A stretch of DNA of 63,964 nt, counting the filler, from Octopus bimaculoides (taxonomy: Eukaryota): NCBI RefSeq assembly GCF_001194135.2. It is 4 parts of 3 records of this genome, joined end to end, with 100 filler letters (N's around TTAATTAATTAA, not from the genome) between each part and the next. Parts side by side here need not be neighbours in the genome. Positions count along the whole stretch, not along the records: positions 26,410 to 51,935 come from NC_068984.1; positions 52,036 to 62,806 come from NC_068985.1; 2 more parts are not named here. The stretch is one strand, 5' to 3'. The notes under the pieces are model-generated. The model searched no databases. It worked only from the letters and a program-made list of their open reading frames with translations, and had not been told where the DNA came from. Position 1 is the first letter of the stretch; every line of letters starts with the position of its first letter. Shown here in pieces: positions 39,300 to 53,090 of this stretch. Both the position numbers and the translations under genes were made by a program.

Positions 39300-40034
39300 G
39301 TCATCATCATCATCATTTAACATCCGTTGTCCATGCTGGCATGGGTTAGATGGTTTGACCAGGGCTGGCATGCTGGAAGGCTGCATCAGGCTCCAGACTG
39401 ATCTGGCATAGTTTTCTGCAGCTGGATACCCTTCCTAACACCAACCGCTCTGAGAGTGTAATGGGTGCTTTTACATGCCACCAGTATGGGTGCCATTTGT
39501 GTGACACCAGTATCTGTCACAGCTGTGATTTTGCTCAGCTTGATGGGTCTTCTTCTCAAGCGTAACATAATACCAAAGATCTTGGTCATTGCCTCCATGG
39601 GGCCCAATGCTTGAAAGGAACTCAGTCACTTTGCTTCCGTCAGGCCCAACACTCGAAAGGTGTTCTTTATGTGTCATGGGTACGGGCGCCAGTTATGTGA
39701 CACCAGCATCAACCATGACTACAATTTCACTTGATTTGATGGGTCTTCTCAAGCACTGCATATCGCCAAAAGTCTCAGTCACTAGTCATTGCCTCTGTGA
39801 GGCTCAAAGTTTGAAGATCATGCTTCACCACTTCATCCCATGTCTTCCTGGGTCTACCTCTACCACAGGTTCCCTCCACAGTTAGAGAGCAACACTTCTT
39901 TACACAGCTGTCCTCGTCCATATGCATCACATGACCATACTAGCACAGTTGTCTTTCTTGCGCACCACATCTGATGCCTGTTATGCCTAACTTTTCTCTT
40001 AAGACGCTTACATTCTGTCAAACATGCACACTGA
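39300..40034 (-). mobile_element. RTE LINE 3' end with UTR and (ATG)n tail
   Basis: High nucleotide similarity to 46725-47390 by eye; ends in catcatcatcatttaacatcc. Confidence 0.8.
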
Positions 40035-40083
40035 TCTTTTGTAGTAAAGATCAGTGTGCATGTTGAACATGCACAAGAGATCT

Positions 40084-40376
40084 TTTGTAGTTAAGATTGT
40101 TTGCCAACACAACATGGCAGTCTCGGTCTAGGACGAATGTTGCTGCAATTTAGCCCCAGGAGACATCGTCTCCAGCTGGCTATATGACATGATCTGTGTC
40201 CTTACATTTTTGAACAAGGGAATCTAGCACCCCCACTCAGCTCAAAACAATATCTGTGTATCGCGATTTCCGGGTTATTTCCTGTCATCAGCACAGAATA
40301 ATGGGGCTAAATTACAGAAACATTCGTCCTAGACCGGGACTACCATGTTATGTTGGCAAACAGTCTTTACTACAAA
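40084..40376. mobile_element. Non-autonomous DNA element with long (~90 bp) imperfect TIRs
   Basis: tttgtagttaagattgtttgccaacacaacatgg...atttagcccc is mirrored by ggggctaaat...ccatgttatgttggcaaacagtctttactacaaa. Confidence 0.7.
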
Positions 40377-41663
40377 GTACTGCTGCTGAATATCTCACAT
40401 CTGAGATTTAAAAATAGTAATTTTCTAAGGGATCTTTTATTCTATGCATCTTTGAAGGTGCAAATCCAGGGGACAATTTGTCGATAAAATAAATGACAAT
40501 GACTTCACCACTTTTAGCTTACTGATTTTCAGAAAAGTACAGACATAAGCAAATACACACACACACACACACACACACACAAATATGTATGCATACATAA
40601 ATAATACATACATTCATACATATATACACCCATACACAAACATATATGGTGGACTTCTTTCAGTTTACCTTTACCAAATCCACTCACAAAGATTTGGTTG
40701 GCACTAAGGCTCTAGAAGAAGATATGAAATCACTGATCATCACCATAAGATAGTTGCTCAATCTTCTAGAAATACCAGCTAAATCTCTCACAAATCACAC
40801 CCTACCATCTTAAAAGTAGGTGGATATATTGGACAATGTAGCCTTAGATATATAAAAAAACAGATCAGTCATGGCTAGAGTGTCTTTGATAATAGGTCTG
40901 CTCAGTCAGGGATAACTTGAGATTAAACAATAACAACAGAAGCATTGATGATATCTTTGGGTGTGACAATGGACTATTTTCTCTTTGATGCATATATAGG
41001 TTATAATATATATATAAAAAAAGGACCCTCTTTGGTCATAAATGACCATGGGATTGGACCAAGAAAGTTATCCTCTGAGGCACAAGTCCGGGTAAGGTTG
41101 TTTATAGAAGACTAGCAGTTTCCTATGTATATCAACCTTCCCTCTCCACAACACCAATGTTATCCATGGGAAAGGCAAAGGCTGATACAGCTTGGTACCA
41201 GTGATGTCACAACTCATGCCTGAGAATTGAACTCACTACCTCATGATTGTAAGCCCAATGCTTTAACCACAAAGCCATGTGCCTTTACTATTATAATATA
41301 TAACCTATGTAAATTCCATTGAGGTTGACTTTGCCTTTCATCCTTTTGGGGTCGATAAATTAAGTACCAGTTGCATACTGGGGACGATCTAATCGACTGG
41401 CTCTCTCCCCCCAAATTTCGGGCCTTGTGCCTAGAGTAGAAAAGAATATGTAACCTATATATTTATATTATAAATGTGTACAAAGACCCAGAACATTATT
41501 AACCCTCTAGTATTTAAACTAGTATATCCAGCCAGAGTATTCTGCTTGTTTTATGTTCAAAGTGGCCTTATTTGGCCTCTTACACCGACCCTTCAATATC
41601 ATTCTAAAAATTAACAGTTACCTCATCAGCATCTCAAAGCTACAAAAGATAATGTATGATAAA

Positions 41664-41884
41664 CCCTTCAGCATTCAAATTACTCTGCTAAATGTAATGC
41701 TTAATTATTCATATTGTTTTGAATTATGTACTGTCTCATAGTTTTGAAATTTTAATGATGTTATTGTCTATTTTTAGAATGACATTGTAGGGTAGGGATG
41801 AGAGGTTCGATCAGGCCAATTTGAACATAAAACATGAGGAATATTTGGGCTGGTTTGGATATGGCAGGTTTAAATGCTAAAGGG
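41664..41884. mobile_element. piggyBac-type MITE copy, preceded by an inverted partial copy (41499-41655)
   Basis: CCCTTCAGCATT...AATGCTAAAGGG|TTAA; same internal sequence as 32693-32898. Confidence 0.6.
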
Positions 41885-41916
41885 TTAATTCAAAGCAATC
41901 ATCATCGTCATCGTCG

Positions 41917-41958
<42 letters not shown>

Positions 41959-41961
41959 TCG

Positions 41962-42023
<62 letters not shown>

Positions 42024-43341
42024 GTTTAACGTCCGCCTTCCATGCTAGCATGGGTTGGACAGTTTGACAGGAGCTGGCCAGGCAGAAGACTGCACGTGAC
42101 TTCTGTGTCTGTTTTGGCATGGTTTTTACTGCTGGATGCTGTTCCTAACACTAACCACTGTGAATAAAAAAAAGCATTAATTTTGACAGAATATTGTGAA
42201 TGCTAAAAGGTTAAAGACCAATATCTAACTTCAGGTTTATTAGTTGAATACTAGCACTATGGATTCCTGTAATTCAGAAAGGATTACCATTTTAGCAAAA
42301 CACTTAATGAGGGGCAACAAATTTCTGCAATTTGTGAAAAATTATTATGGAAACTCTTAACTAATGATATCTAGGCTAAAATTAATGAATTACAAGACTG
42401 GAAAGAAAGGGAAGAAAAACATATCAATTAACAGATTACTCACTGAAAAGAGTGGATAGCAAAATCATTTATGAGCTTAAATAAAATAAGTTGCAGTATT
42501 GAGTAGTATGGAGTTACTTCCCTTTAAGTTCTGAGTTCAAATTCTGACAGGCAAAACCTACTTTTCAGTTTTCTCGTGTTAATAAAGTAAACAGTAGCCA
42601 AGTATTGGGATTGATTGAATCAACTATACTCTCCTTGTTCCCCATATCTGTGTTTCTTGCACATATTATTATAATGAACTTATTGTATACAGTGCTCAGG
42701 TACATTACAACCTATCGGAAAAGGGTAAAAGAGGGGACAGAGAATGGCAATAAATCAAGTAAAGAAAGACAGTAATGATAGCTAAAAGCACATACATAAT
42801 CCTTTCTACTCTAGGCACAAGGCCCGAAATTTTGGGGGAGGGGACCAGTCGATTAGATCGACCCTAGTACGCAACTTGTACTTAATTTATCGACCCCAAA
42901 AGGACGAAAGGCAAAGTCTACCTCGGCGGAATGTGAACTCAGAACATAAAGACAGTTGAAATAACTGCTAAGTATTTTGCTCGGTGTGCTAACATTTCAT
43001 ATTCCTTTATTGCCCACAAGGGGCTAAACATAGAGGGGACAACAAGGACAGACAAAAGGGGTTAAGTCGATAACATTGACCCCAGTGCATAACTGGTACT
43101 TAATTTATCGACCCCAAAAGGATGAAAGGCAAAGTCGACCTCGGTGGAATTTGAACTCAGAACGTAACGGCAGATGAAATACTGCTAAGCATTTTGCCTG
43201 GAATGCTAACGTTTCTGCCAGCTCGCTGCCTTAAAGGCACATCCATAATACACAGCATAAGACAGGAAAGTGAACAGGAAGCAAGCAATTTTTGAAGGAA
43301 GCATTTTGGCAGAAATCAAGGTTCTATGAGTGAAAACTTAC

Positions 43342-43469
43342 AATGGAATTCTTGATAATATTCCAGCACTGATTGAAGTGAGACCATCAGAAATTCGTAC
43401 TTTCCCATGACCAAAGAGCAAGCTAATAAATGCTTCCACCAGGACAAAGGTTATGAAAACTGGTGATGC
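43342..43469 (-). CDS. AGMO: AGMO coding exon 2
   Basis: ASPVFITFVLVEAFISLLFGHGKVRISDGLTSISAGILSRIP(L); caacag / gtaagt; 128 bp. Confidence 0.93.
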
Positions 43470-44361
43470 CTGTTGAAATAATTTATAGACGAAAATTATT
43501 ATAAACAATTAAAGAAATCATAAAGAGAAATTCAAAACCTGAATATATATCACCATCATCATCAATGTCTGCTCTCCATGCTGGCATGGATTAGACGGTT
43601 TGATTGGACGAGCCGGAGAGCAGCACCAGGTTCCAGTCTGATTTGGCATAGTTTCTACAGCTGGATGCCCTTCCTAACACCAACTACTCCAGGAGTGTAA
43701 TGGGTGCTTTTACACACACAGACACAGACAGACACAGACACATACACACACACACCTGCTGAGTATCCTGTCATTGCTGGGTAATTTTCACAGCAAAATA
43801 CCTTGACAGACTTTTGGAATAGCACACCCTCATAAGTTGTTTTTTTCCCATTTTGAAGGGGATTTTTCAGATTTTTTACCACTATACTTTTGAAATGATA
43901 GGGGAAGCTTTTTATGAAAAAAGTTTTGAAAATTTATGACCCCTCCCCCTCCCCACTACCCTTCTGGACTTAGTTTGTCAAATTTTTGTTTGCACTACAC
44001 ACTTAAAAAACAAGTGAAGTCATCTGTTCTGAAAAAAAAAAAAAATGAAAATTTATGTATTTTTCAACCTTCCTCACTCAGTACCAATTTTGGACAACTT
44101 TGAAATTAAAAAAAAAAATTTTGGATATTGGCAATCATCATTGCAACAATCCCCTTTTTATTTTCTTTCCAACAGAAAATGAAATGTAATTTAAAAACAA
44201 TAGTGAAATCCTTTTTAATATTTTCATTAACTCCACGTCTGCCATAAGTCCTAAAACTTTTGATTGAAAAATTATTTTTTAATCATAGTTCTAGAGTATG
44301 GACAGTCCAAATATGAAATTTGTTTCTGTTTATATTTTCAAAATAATTTTTAGACAAACAT

Positions 44362-44770
44362 AGGAGTGGCTGTGTGGTAAGTAGCTTGCTTACCAACCAC
44401 ATGGTTTCGGGTTCAGTCCCACTGTGTGGCACCTTGGGCAAGTGTCTTCTACTATAGCCTCGGGCCAAGCAAAGCCTTGTGAGTGGATTTAGTAGACGGA
44501 AACTGAAAGAAGCCCATCGTATATATGTATATATATATGTATGTGTGTGTGTATATGTTTGTGTGTCTGTGTTTGTCCCCCCAACATCACTTGACAACTG
44601 ATGCTGGTGTGTTTACATTCCTGTAATCTAGCGGTTCAGCAAAAGAGACCGATGGAATAAGTACTAGGCTTACAGAGAATAAGTCCTGGGGTTGATTTGC
44701 TCGACTAAAGGCGGTGCTCCAGCATGGCCACAGTCAAATGACTGATACAAGTAAAAGAGTAAAAGAGTAA
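44362..44770 (+). mobile_element. tRNA-derived SINE family A (full-length copy)
   Basis: A-box-like tggctgtgtggtaag, B-box-like gggttcagtccca, central (TA)/(TG) tract and (AAAAGAGT)n tail. More than 12 copies in the window, e.g. ~10420-10790, 12320-12700, 27983-28390, 38194-38505, 54625-54985, 62605-62780 (+). Confidence 0.85.
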
Positions 44771-46223
44771 ACATGTGAGCGATTTAATGGAGATATAGCT
44801 GGTGTTTCTAGCATATCCCACGACCACCTGGTGCCTTCCTAGTTTCTTTGTAACTCGGACATGTATTGATGTTTTTCAATATTTTTCTCTCCACAAACAC
44901 ATTTATTTAGAAAAAAACGTGTGTTAAGCTAAGGAAAAATATTTTCCAGATATTTAGCTGTTTTTATCTCGCATTCAGAGTTTTCTGGTGAGAGCTTGAT
45001 ATTTTTTTATCTACTGTTTCAGGAGAAATCTTCACATGCACAAACATGTAGTGGTTTCAGGCCTGTAATAGTAATCAGTCCAAGCTATACTTTTCCAGTC
45101 TGTCATGTCCAAAGATGATTGTTAATTTACCTTTTCATACTTAAGGAAGGTTCTTCAACATGAAACCATTCAGTAACATGAACTGGCTGTTATGAAACCA
45201 AACTTATGATATTGTATGAATAATATCATATATACAATATGATATTGTATTAATAATAGTAGTGGGTAGCGATTTTCTTCACTACTTCAGGGAGTGACGA
45301 TCCTGCCTGACATAAGTCCCGGGCTTAGCTGACTACAGCTGACTGTACCAGGTATGGGCCCCTATCCGGAGTGGAGCCCCGTAGGCGGTTTAGTGTTTGA
45401 CTCGATACTCTTCTGGCAGCTCCTGCAACCAAGCTGGTGCCAAACGTAATGCCCTGCACTCCTTTGGACTATGTCAGCAAGGTCAAGAGAGGAATCCTGT
45501 GGCCATGCTGGGGTACTGCCTTGAAGAACTTTTAGTTGAATGAATTGACTCCTGTGCTTATTGTTTTGTTAAGTCTGATACTTATTCTGTTGGTCTCTTT
45601 TTGCTGAACCGCTAAGTTACAGGAATGTAAACAAACCAACACTGGTTGTCAAGTGATGGTAGGAGACAAACACAGGCACAAAGACACACCTACCCACAGG
45701 TTTCTTTCAGTTTCTGCCTACCAAATCCACTCACAAGGCTTCGGACAGCTTGAGGCTATAGTAGAAGACACTTGCCCAAGATACCACATAGTGGGACTGA
45801 ACCCAGAACCATGTTGTTTGGAAGCGAGATTCTTATCATACACCTATGCCTGCACTGATATTATTGAAAAGAGAATGAGATTCAAGATACTGGGGAAGGC
45901 TGCTGCCGATGGCTGTGTCCATCACCTTTGAGATAATGGATAAATCTGTGTTAGTGTGAGTTGATAGAGTTGGAAGAGTTATCTTTCTTGGGAATAGAAA
46001 ACACTATAGCAATGTTTCTGAATACTGGAATATATCTCAAAAGACAGAGAGATAGAGAGGAGAGAGAGAGGGGGAGAAATAGGAGAGAGAGGGAGAAAGG
46101 AGAGAGAAGAATTTGGTGAGGATATGTGATGTTCTAGCTGCCTTTTTAACTCTATCTCTCAACACTATTTTCAATATTTTTAACTGTTTTCAAAAGTTAA
46201 AATCTTTTAAACTATATTTTCAA

Positions 46224-46595
46224 TATGGACACTGACAAAAAAATTATCAAACAGGCTAAATGGATACTACACTAAGAGGATACGAATGACCCTAAATGTG
46301 AAATGACAGCAACATATGACAAATAAATGCCTTTATGGAGACCTGTCAAAAGTTAGTGAGAAGATCAGGCAAAGGTAGCTGCGTGCATCGCCCAGTACTG
46401 GAGGCATCCAAATCAGTCTTGTGGAACCCACTTCATGGTGATATAAGAAGAGTAAAATGGCACACTTACATCAACAACTTGATGGCAGACATTGACCTGG
46501 GATGTATCCAGGACCTTGAGGTAGTGATAATGGACGGAAAAGTGTAGTGGGTGAAATTTGTTGCTGTTGCCTGGGTTTGAACCCGGTAATAATAA
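46224..46595 (+). mobile_element. Second RTE-type LINE 3' fragment with (TAA)n tail
   Basis: WTLTKKLSNRLNGYYTKRIRMTLNVK*QQHMTNKCLYGDLSKVSEKIRQR*LR...LWNPLHG...TYINNL. Confidence 0.65.
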
Positions 46596-46724
46596 TAATT
46601 CGATACTGAGTACTCCCTTTTCTTCCTCTTGTTTACACTTACATAAACATACCCACAATAATTGTTGTTGTTGCTTTCTTTTTGTGTGTGTGTATGTATT
46701 TATATATCTATGTAAGTATCATCA

Positions 46725-48690
46725 TCATCATTTAACGTCCGTTTTCCATGCTGGCATGGGTTGAACGGTTTAACTGAAAATGTAACTCTGGCATCAGCCA
46801 TGACTATGATCTCACTTGGCTTAACAGGTCTTCTGAAGCACAGTATATCACCAAAGTTTCTAGTCATCTGTCACTGTCTCCACGAGGCCCAAGAGTCAAA
46901 TGGTGCTTTTTACATGCCACTGGCATGGGTGCCAGTTATGTGACACTGGATTCGCCGGGCCATGACTACAATTTCACTTGGCTTAATGGACCTTCTCAAG
47001 CATGGCATATCGCCCAACATTTGAAGGGTGCTTTTTATGAGCCAATTATGCAACACTGGCATTGGCCATGATTACAATCTCACTTGGCTTGATGGGTTTT
47101 CTCAAGCATGGCATATAGTCAATGGTCTCAATTACTAGTGATTACCTTTGTGTGGCTCAGTATTCAAAGATCATGGTTCATCACCTTGTCCCATGTTTTC
47201 CTTGGTCTACCTCTTCCACAGGTTCCCTCCACCATTAGAGTTCAGCACTTCTTCACACAGCTGTCCTCGTCTATACACATCTCATGACCATACTAGCACA
47301 GTTGTCTCTCTTGTACACCACATCTGATGCCTCTTATGCCCAACTTTTCTCTCAAGATGCTTATACTCTGTCACACATGCACACTGACATTATACATCCA
47401 GTGAAGCCTATTAGCTTTATTTCTTACAAGCCTATGTACATCACTGCCGTGTAGCATAGCTGTTCATACACAGTTATCATACAATCTGCCTTTCACTCTG
47501 AGAGAGAGAGAGAGACCCTTTGTTACCAACTGAGGTAGGAGCTCTCTGAACTTTGCCCAGCCTATTCTTATTCTAGCAGTTACGCTCTTGGAGCATCCAC
47601 CTCTGCTACTAACTTGGTCACCTAGGTAATGGAAGCTATCAACTACTTTTAGTTTTCCCTGCTGGCATTTGACTGAGTCTATTTTCTGTACATTTTTAGA
47701 GTTAATTGTAACTGTGCACCTTCCACATACAAAATCTATTTTCTTTGTTAACCTTCTTCTGATATTGCTGCACCTTGTATGTGTCCATAGCTTACACCAG
47801 GTACATGTTATGGAGTTTCTACTTACACCTTTACTACAGATTGAGCAGGGCCATCTACCTGAAGGGGTTTGTGATTTGTCTGCTCTCCAACTTACTAAGA
47901 TTTTGATTTTTGCTAGATTAACTCTAAGGCCCTTTGATTCTAGACTTTGCCTCCCCACTTGAAATTTCTTCTCTAGTCCTGGTAGTGATTTGGTTATAAG
48001 TACAAGGTCATCAGCGTAGAGGAGCCCCTAGGGGCAACCAGTCTTAAATTCCTCTGTTATTGCCTGGAGGACTATGATGAACAAGAAGGATCTGAGGGCC
48101 AATCCTTGGTGAATCCCTACTTGTACCCAAATTCCTTGCTATACTCATTGCTAACCTTAACCTTAATGACAACATTCCTGTACATAGCTTGTACAGCTCT
48201 CACCAACCACTCATTTATCCTTAGCTTCTGCATTGATCATCAGATAAGGGAGCAAGGGACTCTGTCAAAAGCTTTCTCTATGTTGACAAAAGCCAGGTAC
48301 AGGAGTTTATTTTTAGCCAGATATTTCTCCTGCAGTTGCCTAACCAGGAATATAGCATCAGACATGCTGCTGTCTAGCACAAATCTGAACTGCATCTCAT
48401 CTACACCAACTCTCTTCCTAATTAATTGAGCTATGACTCTTTCTGTGACTTTCATCACCTGGTCCAGCAATTTGATGCCTCTGTAATTATTCCTAAAGTG
48501 TCACCTTTGCTTTGTAGCTGTTGACTTATAATGCAGCTGCACCAATTGTTGGGTATGACTCCTTTGTGGACAACCTGATAAACTATATGGGTAACTAGGT
48601 TATATCCTACTCTGCCAGATATTTTGAGCATCTCAGTGGTGGTTCCTGATGGGCTGGGGGCTTTCCTTGTCTTCATATTCTTAAGTAAGC
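46725..48690 (-). mobile_element. RTE-clade LINE, 5'-truncated, with RT, PHD-like finger and (ATG)n tail
   Basis: KTRKAPSPSG, NYRGIKLLDQVMKVTERV, LAFVNIEKAFDRVP, LLYADD (48007-48018), KGLRVNLAK, FHYLGD, RIRIGWAKFRELL; 3' UTR ends in a CAT/ATG repeat. Confidence 0.88.
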
Positions 48691-50595
48691 ACACACACAC
48701 ACACACACACATGCACATACATATATACATACATACATACATACATGCATGGCTGTGTAGTAAGAAGTTTGTTTCCTAATCACATGGTCTTGGGTTCAGT
48801 CCCACTGTATGGCACCTTGGGCAAGTATCTTCCACTATAGCCTCTGGCTGACCAAAGACTTTGAGTGGATTTGGTAGATAGAACTGGAAGGAAGCTGTCA
48901 CACACACACACACATTTGCATGTATTTGTGTGAGTGTGTGTGACTCCTTGTCTCAACATCATGTGATAGATGTAAATGAATGTCACTATGATGCATAAAC
49001 GTTTCCAATCGTTTGTGAAGAACTTATCTGGCCACAGAAAAATCTAGCCTAATAAATTCCAAGTGACCCATGCAAGCATGGACAAGTGGGCATTAAAACA
49101 AGAATGTCAACGACGGTAGCAACGACGACGACGACGACGATGATAATATGTATGCATGTTGCTGTTATTTTCATTTTCAAAAGAATTAGAGAGAAAAAAA
49201 AAAGAACAAAAAAAAGTTTTTAAAATGTGGTTGTTCTTAGTTTTTGACACCAATTCTAAACAAGAGCAGAGAATTACATTTATGTATTTGTACCTTTTAT
49301 AATTATCAAACACTTAACAGATTTATGGATTAACATAAAATGGTAAATCTGATAGTCATTTAAAAACGTTTTAAGATATTATTTGGACGAGACTATTTAA
49401 ATAACTAGGTTTCTTTATGAGATTAATAACAATTTATTGGTTTTGAACTTATATTTTTGGCAATTCTTGTTCAATAAAAAATTCCTAATTAAATCTAATG
49501 TAATTTGCAGCATTTTAATTTAGGTTTAATCTGACGAATCTTAAATCCACCGGAAGTAACTCAGATTTGTGAGCAATAATCAAGAAATATACGTTAACAG
49601 AAAGAGGGTGTTGCTTTCAACTTATCAGTACAAAATTCATAAAGTATCAACTTACACTCCGTGTGTTTGTTTGCGTGTGTGGGTATGTGGGTGTGCGTTC
49701 TTACGTGCGTGCATGTGTGTGTGTATGTGTTAATGTAGGAATTCTTTATCTCTTATTTTTTTTTTACTTGCTTCAGTCAGACTGCGGCTATACTGGAGCA
49801 CCCTATTAACCTAAGTACTTGTTATTTCTTTCTCTCTTTCTTTCTTTTTTGCTTGAAGTCTGGTACTTATTGTGTATCGGTTTCTGTTGCTAGACCACTA
49901 AATTACTGGAGCGCAAACAAACCAACACCGATTTTCAAGCAAGCGATGTGCATGTAAGAAACGCACACACACACACACATACACACACACAACACACACA
50001 CATACACACACACACACACAACACACACACCACACACACACACACACACACCTGACGAGTTGGCTTCTTTTGATGAGCCTAAGAAACTTTAGATATGGTC
50101 CCCGAATCAAATTATATGTATGTATGTATGTATGTATGTATGCATGCATGTAAGTATGTATGTATGTATGTATGTATGTATGTATGTATGTGATGAACTT
50201 CCGCACAGTTTCTGTCTCCATCATTCACTCACACGGCCTTGGGCTATAATAGAAAACACTTGCTCGAAGTAACATACGGTGGGAATGAATCTGAAAACAT
50301 TTCCCTCACCCCCCCCTTTTTTTGTCTTAAAAAGACATTTTTGAATCGTCTTTGAAATTTTTTTGTTTTTGTTTTTGTAACCTGAACTTTGGATTTACTG
50401 AACAAAGAGCCATGTTGAAAATAATTTCCCCTTTTTCGTGGGTATAAAACAGTGGGAACGTAAACGTGTTTTTGATGTGGCTATTGTTTATGTTGGTCAC
50501 AGCGTTTAAGTAGTGGAATAATACATGAGAGATAGAGAACAAGAAGGAACAAGTGAACGAGAGAGAGAGAGAGAAAGAGAGAGAGAATTAGTTAC

Positions 50596-50721
50596 CTCTT
50601 TTTCATATTCCGGGACATCTTCAGGATACTGAAAAGAAGTTTCGTTGGGAGTCACCAAATAAAACATACGCCTCAATTTACTCCCAGTTGGACTGAACCA
50701 AACCGACTGCAAACTCTCCAT
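50596..50721 (-). CDS. AGMO: Alkylglycerol monooxygenase (TMEM195), coding exon 1
   Basis: MESLQSVWFSPTGSKLRRMFYLVTPNETSFQYPEDVPEYEKE, similar to human ...FRMLFYTMKPSETSFQTLEEVPDYVKK; phase-0 donor gtaact; 126 bp. Confidence 0.9.
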
Positions 50722-52035
50722 GTTTACTTCTTGTTCTGTCTTCTTACTTTGTTTACAATTTCTTTTGTGTCTTGGTGCGATCGGATGGTTAGAAAATAAA
50801 AGAAATAATAATAATAATTATATTTATAATAGTATTGTGTCTACAAATATTATTACTTATTATTGTCTAAGTACTACTATAATAAGAATTTTTGTTTTGT
50901 GCGATGCCTATCTTTTGCCTGGAACGGTTAGCTGAGACAATCTCCGCCCAGACCTACATTAGAATGAGCAAATGTAAATAAATTGTCGACTGCTAATTTT
51001 TTTACCCCCACTTCTAAATGTCCTTCCTTACATTACGTCATGACGTTGTGTCATAGTTTAAAAGATAATAACTCAGATTTCCTCTTGGTTTTACAATACA
51101 CGTATTCATTTATTAATTTAGCTGATGATTAGAAATCTATAAACTCGTTCATGCACACGCATTTGTGTGATACTTTGTAAAGTTAGGTACAATATCCATT
51201 CAAACATTTTGGTGGGGAAAGCTGAAACTGTCGATTGATTAGCTATGTACTTGCATAGGTATTTGATTGGTGTTTATCTTATCGATCGTTGTAAGAACAA
51301 ACAGTGATTCGAACTCAAAAGTACAGAATCGTAACTAAATATCGCAACATTTTGTCCAACGCTCTACCAATTCTGAAGCCCACAGCTCTCACACTTGTAC
51401 ACGTGATGGTTCCTGATTTAGGTACAAGGCCAACAATTTTAAGGAGAGGAGTTCAATCGGTTCTATCCACTCCAGTACTTGACTGATACTTTATTTTATC
51501 GTTTCTGAAAGGTTGAAAGATAAAGTTGAGCGCGGCTACACTTGAAATCAGAAAGGAAAGAACCGAACGAAACACTGCAAGCATTTTGTCCACCGTTCTA
51601 TCAATCTACTACTCTCACACACGTACACCAAATAAAATTCACATAAAACATGATAAATTCGCGTGTCACAAGTTGACGATAGGCCTAATGTTTTGGGAGT
51701 GGACAAAACTGAAACTAGAGCGACACATACCAATGATACCACAGTGAACATACCAATACATATATAGGAAAGTTGGTTATACATCATTAGATGTATACCT
51801 GACTTTCCTATATAATATTAAGAATATAACGGAACGCTGAACTCCAGACTATCAACTTAAACAACATTTATTCAGGTGGTAAATATATACATCTTTAGCT
51901 CTTGTTTGTTGTTACAGCTTCTGTGTGTGTGAGCANNNNNNNNNNNNNNNNNNNNNNNNNNNNNNNNNNNNNNNNNNNNTTAATTAATTAANNNNNNNNN
52001 NNNNNNNNNNNNNNNNNNNNNNNNNNNNNNNNNNN

Positions 52036-52147
<112 letters not shown>

Positions 52148-52946
52148 CGCATACACACACGCACGCACGTATACACGCACGAGCACACACACAGACACTC
52201 ACAGACACACAGACACATACGAACAAATACACATATATATCCAAATGCAATGCTGCTTTCCATTATACTATAGTATACTATGTTTTATCACATACATTTC
52301 ATATAATTAAATAGTGTTTTTGGTTTATTGTATTTTACTACTGCAGTTTCTGTTTTGTAGTTGTTGTTGTGCATCTTGAGGCTTACCGTGAGCGGACATT
52401 TTTTTTTTCTAACAAACCTGCGGCGATACGAATTAGATTTTTACCCCGTTTTGTTTGATGAAAAAGATTTTTCACTTATTTTGCCAACAAGGGCCTTAAG
52501 GACATAGAATCTCCATTCCATTACCAAGAGGGGTGGAAAAGGCATAATGCTTCATATATATATATATATATATANNNNNNNNNNNNNNNNNNNNNNNNNN
52601 NNNNNNNNNNNNNNNNNNNNNNNNNNNNNNNNNNNNNNNNNNNNNNNNNNNNNNNNNNNNNNNNNNNNNNNNNNNNNNNNNNNNNNNNNNNNNNNNNNNN
52701 NNNNNNNNNNNNNNNNNNNNNNNNNNNNNNNNNNNNNNNNNNNNNNNNNNNNNNNNNNNNNNNNNNNNNNNNNNNNNNNNNNNNNNNNNNNNNNNNNTAT
52801 ATATATATATATATATGAATACTTATGTATGTACGCGCACGCACACACACACATACACATAGATATATGCACGTGCACGTGTGCATACATTATAATTATA
52901 AAAATAGTAATAATAATAATAATAATGATTATTATTATTATTATTA

Positions 52947-52987
<41 letters not shown>

Positions 52988-53008
52988 ACTATCATTATTC
53001 TTATTGGT

Positions 53009-53090
<82 letters not shown>

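Noticed and set aside
1020-50721. AGMO and CBS as a functional gene cluster
   Set aside because: Adjacency alone is not evidence; no shared pathway or regulation can be shown from the sequence.
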